From: Amphiscolops sp. MND2022
Taxonomy: Eukaryota
Assembly (NCBI GenBank): GCA_964187785.1
Contig: CAXLNC010001225.1
Span: 1 to 64,000, forward strand
Length of the DNA stretch: 64,000 nucleotides
Direction of reading: 5' to 3'
Part shown: positions 10,994 to 24,317 of the stretch, in pieces
Layout of the letters: every line of letters begins with the position of its first letter
Position numbering within the stretch: position 1 is the stretch's first letter
Position numbers and translations under genes: made by a program
The notes under the pieces: generated by a model
The model's input: only the letters and a program-made list of their open reading frames with translations
What the model was told of the DNA's origin: nothing
Database searches by the model: none

Positions 10994-13320
10994 TCATATT
11001 TCTTGGAGCATCTTGGCAATGCCCGGGTGTCGATTTGCCTTTCCGTGGAGAGATTCAAGGAGTTCATTTACCAGGTGTTTAGGTAAGAGTATTTGATTGT
11101 ATTTGACGTTTCCTGTTTCATCATAGTATTGTCTGGTGATGATGTCATTTTGAATGGACAGGCGGTCCAGCTGACGTAGGTAGTGTTGGTATCTAACATC
11201 TTGTATAAGGGTTGTTTCAGAGTACTCTTCCTTTTGTAGTTTGAGTTTAAGTTGTTGAAGGATAACATCGTTATTTTGTTCTATGGCTACCGTGTTGATG
11301 TTAGTCAATTTTTGACAGACTGAGAGTTTTTGTACATTGCTGTGGTGGGTGTCAAATTTTTCAAATGAGATATCTGGTGACTGATGTGAGGGGTTTTCTC
11401 TTGCCAGTTGCTTTCGTTGCCAGATTTGTTCTTCAGTTTCATCGTCATCGTCGGTGTAGTATATTTGCTCTTCCTCGGCGACTCCGGCCGATTGGACATG
11501 GAGTTCAATTGGTGTTGTTGGTATATCTTCACGGATTCTAAGAATCAGCTTTTCTTTAGGAGAAATTTCCAGACGGGACAGGTAATCCGCGGCTGTGTTA
11601 TTCTTGCCGGGAATGTGGGCAATAGTGAAATTAAATTGTATTACATAGTCACAAGCGTTCCATAAGGATGGTGGAATAATTTTTGTTTGAAAAAAGCGAG
11701 TGACCGACTTATTGTCCGTTAGTAAAATGACCGGTTTTGGTGTTCCCCAGAAAATATGTCCGAATTCTTTGAAGGCGAAGAAAATTGCTAGGAACTCTTT
11801 GGCGTATATGGACATCTTGAGTTGTGCGGGACTGAAGGTCTTGTAGCCGTAGGCCACCGGTGCGTATGCTTTCCTGGTTGATGTATATTTCTCCAGCGGA
11901 TCGTCCTCGATGAGAACTGCATATCCAGCCGCCGTAAAGCTCGCATCAGTCATCAGGGCGATTTGTTTGTTGGGCAAAGGTTGTTTAAGTGCTAGTTCAC
12001 AACATCGATCGAGAGCTTTGTTAATTTCAGAGAATCTGTCCAATAGGTCCGGGGTCACCATGACCTTCTCGTCTTTGGTGAGCAGTTTGAAAAATGGTGT
12101 TAGTTTTTCAGATAATCTAGGAATGTAATTTCGATAATAATTTAAGAATCCCAGGTAGCGCTGTAATGCCAACTTAGATTTCGGGAATTTTGTGTTTTCC
12201 AGAAAATTTTGGACTCGTGGTCGTTGTGGACGTACGCCGTCCGGAGTGATCGTTCGACCCAGGAAGTCGATTTCCGTGGCTCCGAAATGGCACTTGTGCA
12301 TAGTGAGCTTCAGGCCTGCATGTCTAATGCATTGGAAAGTGGCCCGGAGGTTTTTAATGAGTTGTTCTGCATCATTGGCGGCAATGCCGATGTCATCGAC
12401 GTATTGCGCGCATTGATCGGCCTTGATAACTTTGTCGAGGTATTCTCGCATAAAGCTAGAAAAGGCTGACAAACCACGGCTGAGTCCTTGAGCTAATCGG
12501 CGGTAGGCGAAAGTTCTGCTAGCGAAATTGAACGCCAACATCTCTATGGACCGTTGGTCCGCCATTGGCAGGCAATGATATGCCTGTGAGCAATCTAGCT
12601 TGCAAAAGAGTTTTTTGCCTGCCATGTGTTGAGCTGCATCACTAAGCGTACTGACAGGATGATTATTGTTGATATAGTCATCTGAAATAAGGTTGTTTAT
12701 TTTCCGAAGGTCAACTAATAGTCGCAATTTACCATTTGGTTTTTTTGGGCAAAAATGGGAGTGGCATATTTGGAGAATGGGAGTGTTGTGATAATCCCAT
12801 AGCGCTGTAGGAGGGCTAATTCAACAAGGATGTCTTCCTTGAGGTTGATAGGTGTCGGTAATTTTTGGCTATAGGCCGGGGAATCGTCTTTTGGCGTAAG
12901 TTTAACCGTGAATTCCTCGTTCATGCCAATGTCAAAGCGGTGTCTCGCAAATATGTCGTGGAATTCGACAAGTAAGTCCTCAATGCGTGCAATTTCATTT
13001 GGTTGCAGTGTCGAATCAGTCCAATCAAAGTTGGTCAAGAATTGTCGTCTGGACTCAGGGTCTTCCTGAGGATTCAGTTTTTCAAGTTCCTGAAGATTGA
13101 GTATTTCCTTCAGTATCCGTTTTTGAATGGGTGTGTGTTGTTGTGGATCCCCAGGGTCCTCTGGAGTAGGGAACCAATAACTTTCTTTAAAATCTTCTGG
13201 TTTGGAAGATTTAATCAAGCTGCTGACATAGAAAGCCGCATTTTCAGGATCATCCTGTAAGAGGTGCCATGTGGTCACTGGGTCGATGGGTTTAACGTAT
13301 TTCATCTGCCCTGGAGTCAT
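10994..13320 (-). pseudogene. pol: Element A reverse transcriptase and RNase H (frameshifted)
   Basis: LLVDLRKINN, KLDCSQAYH, LAQGL, QYVDD, LMTDAS, EFLA, LLTDNK and AADYLSR. Split between ORFs 12715-13320 and 10994-12727. Confidence 0.95.
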
Positions 13321-14572
13321 GACAGCGAAATTGGCAATGTGCGAACCGCTCTTGAGAGTATAAGGGTGGTCAGTGAAATTATTGAGCGGAATTTCTACTT
13401 GACCGGAGGTCAGTGTGACTAAGGCCGCACAAAAGGCGACATCGCCATCCTCAGTGAGTGCATTGCTCGGTTGGAGTGGTTACAGTGGTATCGTCGTACA
13501 TTTGGGATGTCAGTGTTACCATTTGTCTATCATTAGGGGGAATTGTAATATCCTCCTGGGTAGAGATAGGTTCCATGACATTAGTGTACTTGTGATCCGC
13601 CGTTTTCAATTGCATGGAGAAGAATGGGAAGTTTAGGACTCCCTGGCGCATGTCCAGTATGGTATTGTTTCGTTGTAAAAACGAAAGGCCAATCAATGGG
13701 CTTGTCAATTTTTCCATGACAATGAAGATTTCGTGAAATTCAATGTCACCGACTTCAAATTTTAATTCGACTGTGCTCTTTGGAGTTTCTAATTGCCCAT
13801 TGGCTACCATTATTGGGAAGTTGGGTGCAGGGCCCTCTTTGACAATGGACTGAGGGGCTAATAATCGGATTTTACGTAGATCAGCTTCAGGGATTGCGCT
13901 AGATAGTGCCCCCGTGTCTACAAGGCCATCTAATGTAAGTTCGCCGAAATCCATTGGAAAATAGAGCATTCGTCTTTTGTATTTGAGTCCGAGATTGGTT
14001 GTCAGCGGTACGTAGTCTGGTTCACATTGTCTGGTGACCAGTGTGTTCGTAAATCGTGCTTCGACTGCTGTAGTCAAAGAGACCTGTGGTCCCAAGCTGT
14101 CAAATTGGTGTCCCTGGGTAAGCTGTGCCGTTAGAGTGCAGGGATTGGGTTTAGTTTGCCAGGCATCGACTGATGCGTTCTTTAGAACGCTGTTAAGGGC
14201 ACTATCGGTTGCCGGACAATCAGGTTCAATATTTGTTGGATGTTTGGTGAAGTCGGTATAGAAGGATAAATGATGTTGATTGTAGAGATGGATGTCCCAG
14301 TAGGGGTCAATGCCGTAGTCCGGATCTGTATAATAGGGGTTATAGTCTGGTATTTCTGGAAGAAGACGGATGAAGCATGAAGTCGAGTCAAGTCCGTTGG
14401 ACCTAAGGTCCACAGTGCAGAATTGGTTAGGGATGTTTCTCATTTGCTGCTGCCAGTCAGCTGATGATATGCCCTTGAGTGGTGAATAATATTCAGTGTA
14501 GAATACAGTAGACGGATCAGAAATTATATATTGTCGGACGCGTAATTTTGTATCAAATTGGAGTCGTGGCAA
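13321..14572 (-). pseudogene. pol: Element A pol N-terminus: ~200-aa transframe region, aspartic protease, beta-rich linker
   Basis: LVDTGALSSA protease motif and LIGLSFL. Frameshift near 13451. Confidence 0.9.
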
Positions 14573-14577
14573 ATCTA

Positions 14578-14593
14578 GTTTTTTGGGTTTTTT
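14578..14593 (-). promoter_or_regulatory. Tandem -1 ribosomal frameshift heptamers (A AAA AAC x2) at the element A gag end
   Basis: Minus strand reads TTA AAA AAC CCA AAA AAC TAG. The -1 frame (KKLDLPRLQ) is the pol frame. Confidence 0.75.
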
Positions 14594-15680
14594 AAGATAG
14601 AAGTAGTTTGTTTGTTATTGGTTTCGGATTGGCTGGGAGACGTGTTGTCTGGTTTTGCTTCTTCGATTTTGAGGTTTTTGGGCTTGAGGTGGGCTCCAGC
14701 GCCTTTCCAACATCGTTCCGCCGGGTGGTTTGTTTTGTCGCACGTTGGGCATTTGGGATATTCTTTTTTAGTATCCTGCCCATCATTGCGTCGTTCTTCC
14801 TCCTTTCGTTTGAGTTTTCGGCATTCGTCTTTGACGTGGCCAGGTTTTTTGCAGTAATTGCAGGTGATATTGGGATCAATGCCAGAAGAGAGGAGGCCAG
14901 TTCCCGGTCGTGTCGCTGTAGGGGCAGTAGACATTGTAGGTACAGTAATGTCGTCACCTCCCTCAAGTCCGTTGAGTTCGAGTTCGCGTTCCAAATGGGT
15001 AACGATCTCTTCATATGAGGCATTCTCAAGCCGTGCCATATTGACCGATCTCTTGAGTTTGGGGGGCAGTTTAGCGTATAAAAGGCTGTCTATCATTGCT
15101 TGGGCATTTTCCCCAAACGCTTTCTCTGCTCCCTGGTTGAGTTCTTCGAGAAAATCTGGAAGTTTCATAGTGTTGGGGTCGAACACTAATTTATGCCATT
15201 TGTGTTTGGCAGTGGCTTGAGATTCCGGCTTGACGTACTTTCGTCGGAAGACCGCGAGTACGTCTTCTAGTGTCTGCCTATTGGCAGAGTTGATGTTACT
15301 AAAGGTTTGTAGTGCATTTTTACGTAGGAGGGAATGAAAGTGGTTAACTTTCATTGTTTCAGTCATTTCTGGTTGCATTTTTATCATTGTATGAAAAAGG
15401 TCTTCAAAAGGTTCGAATTTTTCAGATTTCCCGTCAAAGGTCAGTGTAGTTGTACTGACGGGTCGTACCATGAGTGTTTGTGGGGTTTGCTTATTGGTCA
15501 TGCCCGTTAGAACATTAGCAAGGCGTGTGAGGGGGTCTATAGCCGGACTGTGACCAATGGTCTCCTGGTCTTGGGGTGACGTAGTCGGAGACTGAGGATC
15601 TATAGTGTCTTGGCTTTGTGGGTTATCTCGGGATTGCGTGGGTCGTCCAGTAAGAAACTCAGGAACCATACGAGGGGTGG

Positions 15681-15698
15681 GGTTGGCTCCTGTCACCA
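15681..15698 (-). promoter_or_regulatory. Element A primer-binding site TGGTGACAGGAGCC (possibly tRNA-Leu type)
   Basis: TGG directly abuts the LTR terminal CA. One mismatch to the TGGTGTCAGGAG complement of vertebrate tRNA-Leu(CAG); the tRNA identity is inference. Confidence 0.8.
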
Positions 15699-17276
15699 TG
15701 TCATGGTCATCGCTACATTCTAATGAGCTTAACGAGCAGTCTCTAGATTGGGGATGATTGTTTGAATTTGATTGTACTCTACATTTAGTATTTTCCCATA
15801 CACTTTGTTGTTTGTTACCTTCGGTGTTCCTGCTCAGTCTACTAGACCTTGAGTCCACATTTGCCCCTAACCCACTATTTTGTCCTGACAATGAATTTTG
15901 GATTGAAGGAAGGATCGAATCATGAATTGCTGAGTTAATAGATTCTGTAATTTGTGTGTCCAAATTCCTTTTCAGTTAATCTATTTTCCTATTCATTTGG
16001 TAAGATATTTCCTCAGAGATGAGTCTATTAGTTTCCATTGTCATTTCACATCTATTTCTATCTTCTGAAGTTAATAACGTCCTAAAATCCTCACAATTTC
16101 TGACCATGTCGGTCCTTGTCCCATTAGACCTTGAGTCCACTTCTACATTTTCATTCAGATCAACGTCTGATTGATTTTCTGGGTAATTTCCCAACATTAC
16201 ATTCATATTTTCAAGATCAGACAATACGTCTGATTGCCTCGCTCGCTTTTCCTTAGCTTTCTGTTTCCTTGTGGAAGGCATTCAGAAGGTGTTGACCCAA
16301 ACAATAATTTATTGTTTGTAGCAATTTTATCAACAACTGAACAACGTATAAATGAGAACTAATATCGTTATTTGAAATAACACTGACAAAGTACAGGTGG
16401 ACGTTGAGTACAAGAATGAACAAATTATTGCAAATAATCACTGATTGAGATTTTGGTGTGAGTATAGTTTCTCGAATGTTTGTCGGTGACCTGTGGTCCC
16501 TGTATATATAGTTAGGATAGTATGACACGCAAAATTGTTGCCATCACTTTCCCAAAATAGCATCTTGTCCTGACGTCACAATGACGCAACGGACGTAAAT
16601 CTAAAATTAGCACTTCTTTGTGAGCAAGTAGGGCTAAGTGCTAAAAATAGCAACAATTGATAGACTCAAAGGCTAATAGCACATCAAACGACTAAATGGG
16701 GGGGGGGTTAGCCTACCAATCATCACTTTCATGATGTCCTAAACTTTATTATTTACATAGTAGTAATAACACGTACATGTAGTGGACTGTCGGTCCAAAG
16801 CAACTAAGCGAGACTAATGGTGAACAAAGCACTGCAATATGATTGGTTAATTGGTTAATGTACCACACGTCTAAGTTGGCCAATGCTGACTACGATTTGA
16901 ACACGTTTCCAATTAATCGTACAGTTTGCTTTATCGTTTACATTTCTACTGCTATTCCAATTTCAACTAACTGGTTTACATGATAAAGTATACTATAATA
17001 CATGTATAATCAAACTAATATAATGTACAATGTTAGCTCCGGATAGGTAATGATTTGACTATACGTCTATTGTAGACCGGTCGACCTAAGGTTCATAAGC
17101 TAATAAGTAATTGGTTAAAACAGTACATAAGAACAGCATAATAATAAGGGTTGTTTTAAATGTACTAGCAGTCTCCATACTTTAAAGTGGCAACACTCCA
17201 GTAGGGAGGTATAATCCGTTGGCTTCATTTGGGGCTACTTGGTAATTGTTTCCATCGCAGGCGGCAGTCTGCGACA
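15699..17276 (-). repeat. Element A 5' LTR (1578 bp) with TATA (16503-16510) and AATAAA (16308-16313)
   Basis: Direct repeat of 1548-3124. On the minus strand the order is TATATATA, then AATAAA, then the gag ATG at 16281. Confidence 0.96.
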
Positions 17277-17882
17277 ATGAATTCAATAGAGTGAGAGTAT
17301 TTTAAAGAAGAACAGCGAATAGGCAGTTCAAGGGCTGAGAGTGTGGCATAAAATGAATGAAATCAAATTTTGCCGTAGGATTACCAAAATCTGAACTTTT
17401 GAGTAAAGTTGCTTGATGTGAGAATTCCTCGGGACATTCTGAGGAACTTTCAACTTCTTCTTTAACCAATGCCCAGTTCTCTTCATTCGATTGAATTCGG
17501 GAGAAATGTCTGGGAGAAACTCTAAAACTTTGAAACCACTACTATTAGGTTCAATCTCAAACTTTCTACGGATTCTGGTCCCAACCTTCAGAATATTCGT
17601 TATACTCTAGAACTGAACCGCTTTGTCTTAGAACAAAAAAGCGGAAAGAAAATTGCAGAAAAAAGATAAACCACAGGCAGATTTATCCCAGATTCCCTAG
17701 TCGAAAATGATGGATCATTTTACATACTGCTGTTCGGCATGTCGGTAATATTAATTCTGAAGAAAAAATAGGGAGTTTTGGATCGCATTGCTCGTGGGTT
17801 GACACAGGATGTACAATCATTTTTAAATTCGTGCCTTTACCGAGACGACCACGTTGTTTTCACACTTTGGCTTCACTGCTCG

Positions 17883-17962
17883 TCATCCGGTGTGAGCACC
17901 GCTTCTCAGACAGCACGCTGAAGATGACGTTAGTTCGCAATTTACGACGTGACTGAAGTTGT
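17883..17962. repeat. Short dispersed repeat with a second copy at 28151-28230
   Basis: Both copies share tgtga(g/t)caccgcttctca(g/a)acagcacgct...tgacg...acgtgactgaagtt. Confidence 0.55.
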
Positions 17963-18188
17963 TTTTCTTTGAAAGTGTGGTATATCGATGAAGTCTCAGC
18001 AGCAGCAAGTAAAAATATACCCAATACATAATTAATCCTGCAAAAATTGACATTGTTAGCGAATTATCTCCAGTTTTTGACGAACATTGATAGAAAAAGG
18101 ATTACAACAAGAAAGTAGTAAAGTTCTCAGCAAACTTTGAAAAATGGGAACAATTAAAGCAATTTGAACGCAGTTTGCAAGAAACGCC

Positions 18189-21100
18189 TGTTACATTCGG
18201 GTTCATTCCGATTCATGACCTTACCAAGATTCGGTTCTAGAACTACAAACTTTTAGTTATATGTCTAGAATACCTGCTAGTGTTGATAAATACATATTGC
18301 ATCAATACTAAGTTAGATATTTCATTTACAGTACATTGATATCTACAGCCTATACCGATACCAAAGAAATTCTCTCTTAGTGACCTTTCTTTTCTTAACC
18401 ACTTAGTTTGTTAGAATAGAACATTGCACAGTCAGCCGATTTTTAAAGCAATTGAAACCTTCCGAACAAACCGAAACTACGGCAGAAAAGAAATCGTACC
18501 AAACCTCGAAACTAAAGCCACAGACGGAAATCCGGTGATTACACCGAGACAATGGCTGGAAAGATTCAAACAATTTACAAAACGGGAACACAAAATTGAT
18601 ATTACACCCTTACTCAAAAAAGAAGAAATAACTGATTCCGCTTGGGGCGCGAAAGAACAAGCAATACAAGAAGATTTGATCTTGGGAGTGGGACCGGAAG
18701 CACTCTTCCAGATAACCCGAGCAGAATATAAGACAGACCTGGACAGCAAAAAAATAAAAGACCTAATCCGGTTAAATACCGAATAATATTTACCGAAACG
18801 AAACACTTACCACGACCGAGGAGATTTTTTCTGAGCGAAACAATCAGAAGAAGAAACACCGGAGGAATTCTGGAGACGACTGATTGAAGTTGAAAAAGAA
18901 TGCAACTTCGGCACTATCTCAGCCGAAAAAATACTAATTTCCAATAATATGACTGCAATAACTTATGCAAAATTAGCTTGTAAATTTTGACTGTTTTACA
19001 CTATTTACTAACTACGCATTTTGACTGGAATTCACCGCGTTCATATTACACTGTGCTGCACCACTACACGAGTGGATTACTACAGTCTTTGACCAATTTA
19101 CAGTAATTGACTATTTTACCCAAAACACTATTTACACCAAGTGATCACTTTCCACTTTTGCGGGACATGTATCGTAATGAACAAGAAATTACGGGACAAA
19201 ATAATGGAAAGCAAAACACTGGAATTGAAGAAAATAATTGAACTGATTAAGTAGAACACATACGAAAAGAAAAATGAAAAGAATACAATCACGGAAGCGC
19301 TAATCTCATCAAAGGAAGAACAATCGATAATAGAAGAACCGATACAGAGAATGGAAAGATTAGGAACAAAACCGAAAAACAAACAATTCGGAAACCGACC
19401 GTGGAGATTTTGCAACGCACCAAATGAGTCACCAATACATAAATGTCCGCCACTAGAAGCAAACTGTAACAAATGCGGAAATAAAGGCCATTTCGCAAAA
19501 GCATGTAGACAAAGAACGTACAATAACCGAACAGTGAAAAGACTAACCGAAAACGAAACTCAACAACCGAGCAAATCAACTAGCGAATCAGAAGAAAGCA
19601 TACACCACATCAAAGAAGTAAGAACAACTGAAGAAAAGAACAAACACTACACGGCAACAATTAGAATAAACGGAGTGAAGAAATAAGTTATCAAAAACAC
19701 CGGACCACCAATAACCGGCGAAGGCCACCCGACGAAAGAATCATAAAACACGCCGAAATTCAGAAAATAACAAACCGATACCAAGGCGTAAATAAAATTG
19801 AAGTAAAAGTTCGGGGAAAAACTCCGGTGAATATCGAGTACGAAAAGAACAAACAGAAATTGGAAAACCTGATAACCGAAAGAACAGATATAACACCATT
19901 ACTCGGGTTGGACTGGATGAAAACATTCAAACTAACTATCGGAAGAATACAATTGGCCGAGAACAACCAATCAGAAAAGGAGAAAATCATCAATAGACTT
20001 CCGGACTTGTTCGAAAATAAGCCGAACATGGAAGAACTGTCAAATCAGATTTTGGTAGTAATAACACGCGACCGAACAATCCAACTATTCATTTCTAAAA
20101 CAGATTTAGACTACGCATACGGGCAAATGAAGTTATCCGAAGAAACTAGCCGACAATGCGTATTCGCATAAACTGGAGGAAAATTTAGTGGCTATTACAG
20201 ATTCAAAAAAGGATTTTACGGACTCGACGATATACCCACATTATTTCAAGAAACAAATGACTGAACACTCGGATACTGCACCTTAGCTTGGTTGGGCGAT
20301 ATAATAACAGTAACACGCGGAAACAAACAGGATCACAAAAAAAACTATTGGACGTCCTAAACAAGCTAGACAAAGCCGGTTACTGAGCTAGCAAACCCAC
20401 CGGAAAATACCAAAGAATTAAAATTATTTCTCGGAGCAATACAATACGTTGCAAAATTTCTAACGAAATTTTCAGAAAGAACAGACCGGCTACGGAAAAT
20501 ATTGAAAAAGAATGAAACATGGAATTGGGGAACCGAACAAGACGAACATTTCGGAAAAATAAAGCAGATGCTAACCGAAGGTCCGTGTTTAGCACACTAC
20601 GCAAAAGAGAAAGACAATATAGTAACAACCGATGCTAGCACAACCGAACTGGGAATATACTATGGCCAAACCAAGACAACGGAAACACAAAACCGATAGC
20701 TTACGGAATAGGTATTTGAACGATACCGATATTCCCTCGGTGAATTAAATTTACTGGCAGTAGTGTGGGGACTGGAGAAATTCCGATTTTATCTCTACAG
20801 AAAAAAGTTCACCTATATACGGATCACCAAGCCTTAGGACAATTAATTAAAAGAAACCGGAGTAAAAACAATACAGTGCGAAGTTAACGAGTTGGTTAGA
20901 CCGCCTAACGCATTTTAATATAACAATACAGCATATAGCTGGAAGCAATTCGAAATTTACCGATTATCTCACTAAAAATCCGGTGGGCGGAGCCACGCCG
21001 GAAAAAATTACGATGATAAATACGTAAAAAATGTACTTGCCGAACAAGCCGAACTGAAATTGAAAAACGGACAATTATTCGGGGACCAATCAAAACACAA

Positions 21101-23350
21101 CAAATGCACCACCAAAAGAATAAAGAACGATTCCGAAGACAAAATTGAGCACAAAACGGACCAATTACAAATGAACGGAATATTCGAGAACAAAAATCAC
21201 GTGAACGAAACCGAACAAAATACGAGAAAAACATCCGGGCAGTCTGATATTAGCACTTAGAAAGACAGTCAAACATCAAAAGTTGAAAATTCGACAAAAT
21301 GGACCGCGAAAACTTTTACCACTGGGGAGCCACCCGAGATCTAATGATATTATTAGAAGGAGAAACAACAGCCCGGAGACAAGAAGGTTGGTTGAACAAC
21401 GGAATACGCTATCACGACCCGGCACATTGAGACGCCGGTATGACCATCAGACGGAACGTACGGTTTTTGCTCCGTCCCGGCCGAACAAGCGCAGCAGCGA
21501 AGAAATTGCTGAAACTGATGCCGAACTAATCCGGAGAGCAAACAGACTGGGAGGACTTGAAGATGGACTTGAAGACGCTGATATCAAAAACAGCAATCGA
21601 CCCGAAGCTAACCCGAGTAAGAACCAGTATGCGCCGAGAAGACAGAGAAACCATCCCGGACGGCTACCGCACAGTTTTCGCTATACTGCCAATCAGGTGG
21701 GGCCTAGAATTCTTCGACGAACAAATCGTCGTACCCATTGACCTCAGACGGCGACTACTAGACATTCTACACTTCGGTCACTCCGGCATCACAAAAATGA
21801 CATCAGAAGCCATGCTATTCTGTTGGCCGAACAGGAAACAAGACATCGAAACGAAAGTCAAGGATTGCACAGCATGCCTAGCATCAGATAAAAATCTTAA
21901 TCATCAATTACCAAAAAATATTACGGAAAACAAGCAAACCTATCCGAACCCAGACAAGAAATACAACTTGAATTTACCGTAAAACTACACAATAAAAATC
22001 TAAGCGGAGAAACACGAATACTCATCGCGGTAGATAAATTTAGCAAGTGGCCGACAGCGAAAATCTATGAAACTTCGGAGACAAAAGAAGTAGCAAACTT
22101 TCTGATATATACAAAAAAACCAGAAAAGATAAAGTCTGACAACGGGGGAGCATTGATTTCAAAAGAATACCAACAAATTTGCAAAAATCGAAAAATAGAA
22201 ACAGAATATTGTACACCCCGAATGCATACCGGAAACGGAGTAGTGGAGAGAGCAATTCAAACAATCAAAAATCTAATAATAGGGATATGGAGGACGGACT
22301 CAGCCTAACGAAGAACGAAGAAAAACAGATGGGAGAAAACATAAAGTCACCAAAGAAGAAAGATTCTGTTAGATATCCATTTTCATTTGTCGAAAAAAAC
22401 TATAACAAAAAATCTCTAGAAGGGAGGTTCCAAAACAAAATAAAAACCGCAATAGGCGGAACTGAGAGCACCGTAGAAACGTAATTAACCGAAAATTCAT
22501 TTCGGGACCACTATTCAGACTGAAAAGAAAAAACGAAGAGAACCGGCGACCAATACCAACGGCGACATCAATCCGAAAAACAGGCACTGCCTCCGAGGTC
22601 TTGAAGGTAAATACGGCAGATGGGATGAAATACTCCGTGACATACTAAACGGAAAATTGAAGATCGTGCAGAACCGAAAGCAAACGGGAAGCGACACGGA
22701 AGAAGAAGACAACTATGACGATACCAAAGAGATGCCGGAAGAAATCGGGACACCAAAACCAAAAATATATGATACCTCCGAACGAGACGGACGATATGCG
22801 CCAATCCGGAGAAGCCCGGAAGAGGACGCACTACAACTGCATACCAACGGTGAGATATCGGGTGAGAACCTAAAAACAAATATAAGACGGTCCGCCCGAG
22901 ACAGTAAAAATCCGAACAGATACGGTACCATACCTTATACTGGAAATTTTTGGGGTTAGAAAAAAATGACTAAAAGGAGATTATATTTGTTACAGGAAGC
23001 CTGTGGACCCGAACAAAGCGAACACCAATGCCGGAGAAAATTCAAAAGCCAGAAGAAGAAACGCCCCCAGGACCCTCAAACCAGAAGTAAGGAGGAGAAA
23101 AGAAAGAGGGGGAAATGTTACGTTCGGGTTCATTCCGGTTCATGGCTTTACCGAGATTCGGTTCTAGAACTACAAACTTTTAGTTATATGTCTAGAATAC
23201 CTGCTAGTGTTGATAAATACATTTTGCATCAATACTTAATTAGATATTTCATTTACAATACATTGATATCTACAGCCTAGACCTATACCAAAGAGATTCT
23301 CTTTAAGTAACCTTTCTTATCTTAACCACATAGTTTGTTAGAATAGAACA
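18189..23350 (+). mobile_element. Element B: decayed 5.2-kb Ty3/Gypsy LTR retrotransposon
   Basis: 235-bp TG...CA LTRs at 18189-18423 and 23116-23350 (~17 mismatches). TSD ACGCC at 18184-18188 and 23351-23355. PPT GAAAAGAAAGAGGGGGAAA before 23116. Confidence 0.95.
18424..22959 (+). pseudogene. pol: Element B gag-pol remnants
   Basis: Fragments: CNKCGNKGHFAKAC knuckle, TPLLGLDW, SKTDLDYAYGQMKL (RT), VTTDASTTELG (RNase H) and LHFGHSGITKM...CTAC (IN zinc finger). Many stops and frameshifts. Confidence 0.9.
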
Positions 23351-24279
23351 ACGCCAAAAATTAAAATGATGAATTTTCAACGTTTTCAAAGCATTCTCAG
23401 ACTGAATTTTACCTCACATTGTACCGCAAGCACAAAAACAGGGAAAATACGAGGTTGAAAAATTTGAGGTTTAATTGTTCCTTGGAACAACAATCATTGT
23501 GGTCGTCAGTCGTGGCCAGTCATTTGAAGAATGAACTAGCTGTTGTTCATACACTCATGGAGTCGTTACTTTGCTCTAGAAGAGTCGTTTAGTGATATTT
23601 GAAGAAGATATTATGTTTGAATTCAAATAGAACAATTTTGGACAAAATTATCAATAAATCTTAATTAAATCAGATTGTGTCGATTCTCCGTTGATTTTAC
23701 GATTTCATTTACAGTTATTGTTATAAAGAACAGAGATAAGTTTTTGATGAATCCAGAAAGAAGTTAGATTTAATTACCATATTTTTTGGAAGAATCCATA
23801 AAAGTGTTCAAGAATTCAGAAAAGTAATCAAGAATTCAGAAAAGTAAACAAGAAATGACAAAATGCGAAGAATCCTCACACCAATGATGTTACACGTGCA
23901 GCATAGATTATCATTAAAATGAAGAATCCACAAATCAATTTTCTCGTTTCTTGAAAATTTCAATTTTGCACTGCTAATATTAGTGTGTGAATTCTTCAAT
24001 CATTTTGGCGGCACTACCATTTTCTTTGAAGTGCACAACTTTTGTGATTTCTTGAAAACACATTTTGGTAGGTGAGAAAACCAACTTTTGTCAATTCTTG
24101 AAAAAATCAAAACTTCCCCGATTGGCGTCGTAATGATTTTTGTCTCTTACCGTCGAAATGATGCAACGCTCGCCAGCCTAAGTAACGTGACAGAACATTT
24201 GCCAGAAAGAAGTTTGTCAAAATTTCGAAGTATCGTTCAAAAACATGGCCGACTTGGCAGGTACCTAAAATCAGTCTGG

Positions 24280-24317
24280 AAGACGTATAAGACGTATAAG
24301 ACGTAGAAGACGTATAC
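24280..24317. repeat. 9-bp tandem repeat (aagacgtat)n
   Basis: About four adjacent copies are visible. Confidence 0.8.

Larger units (their letters stand above)
14575..16281 (-). pseudogene. gag: Element A Gag, beginning in the 5' LTR, with a premature stop at 15976-15978
   Basis: Two CCHC knuckles (CNYCKKPGHVKDEC, CPTCDKTNHPAERC) and a capsid-like FDGKSEKF...F region. GAA became TAA in the 5' LTR, while the 3' LTR copy keeps GAA. Confidence 0.9.
1548..17276 (-). mobile_element. Element A: full-length 15.7-kb Ty3/Gypsy LTR retrotransposon with accessory genes
   Basis: TG...CA direct repeats at 1548-3124 and 15699-17276, with an identical 5-bp TSD ATGAA (1543-1547 and 17277-17281). Gag-PR-RT-RH-IN domain order on the minus strand; PBS at 15681-15698. 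Confidence 0.97.
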
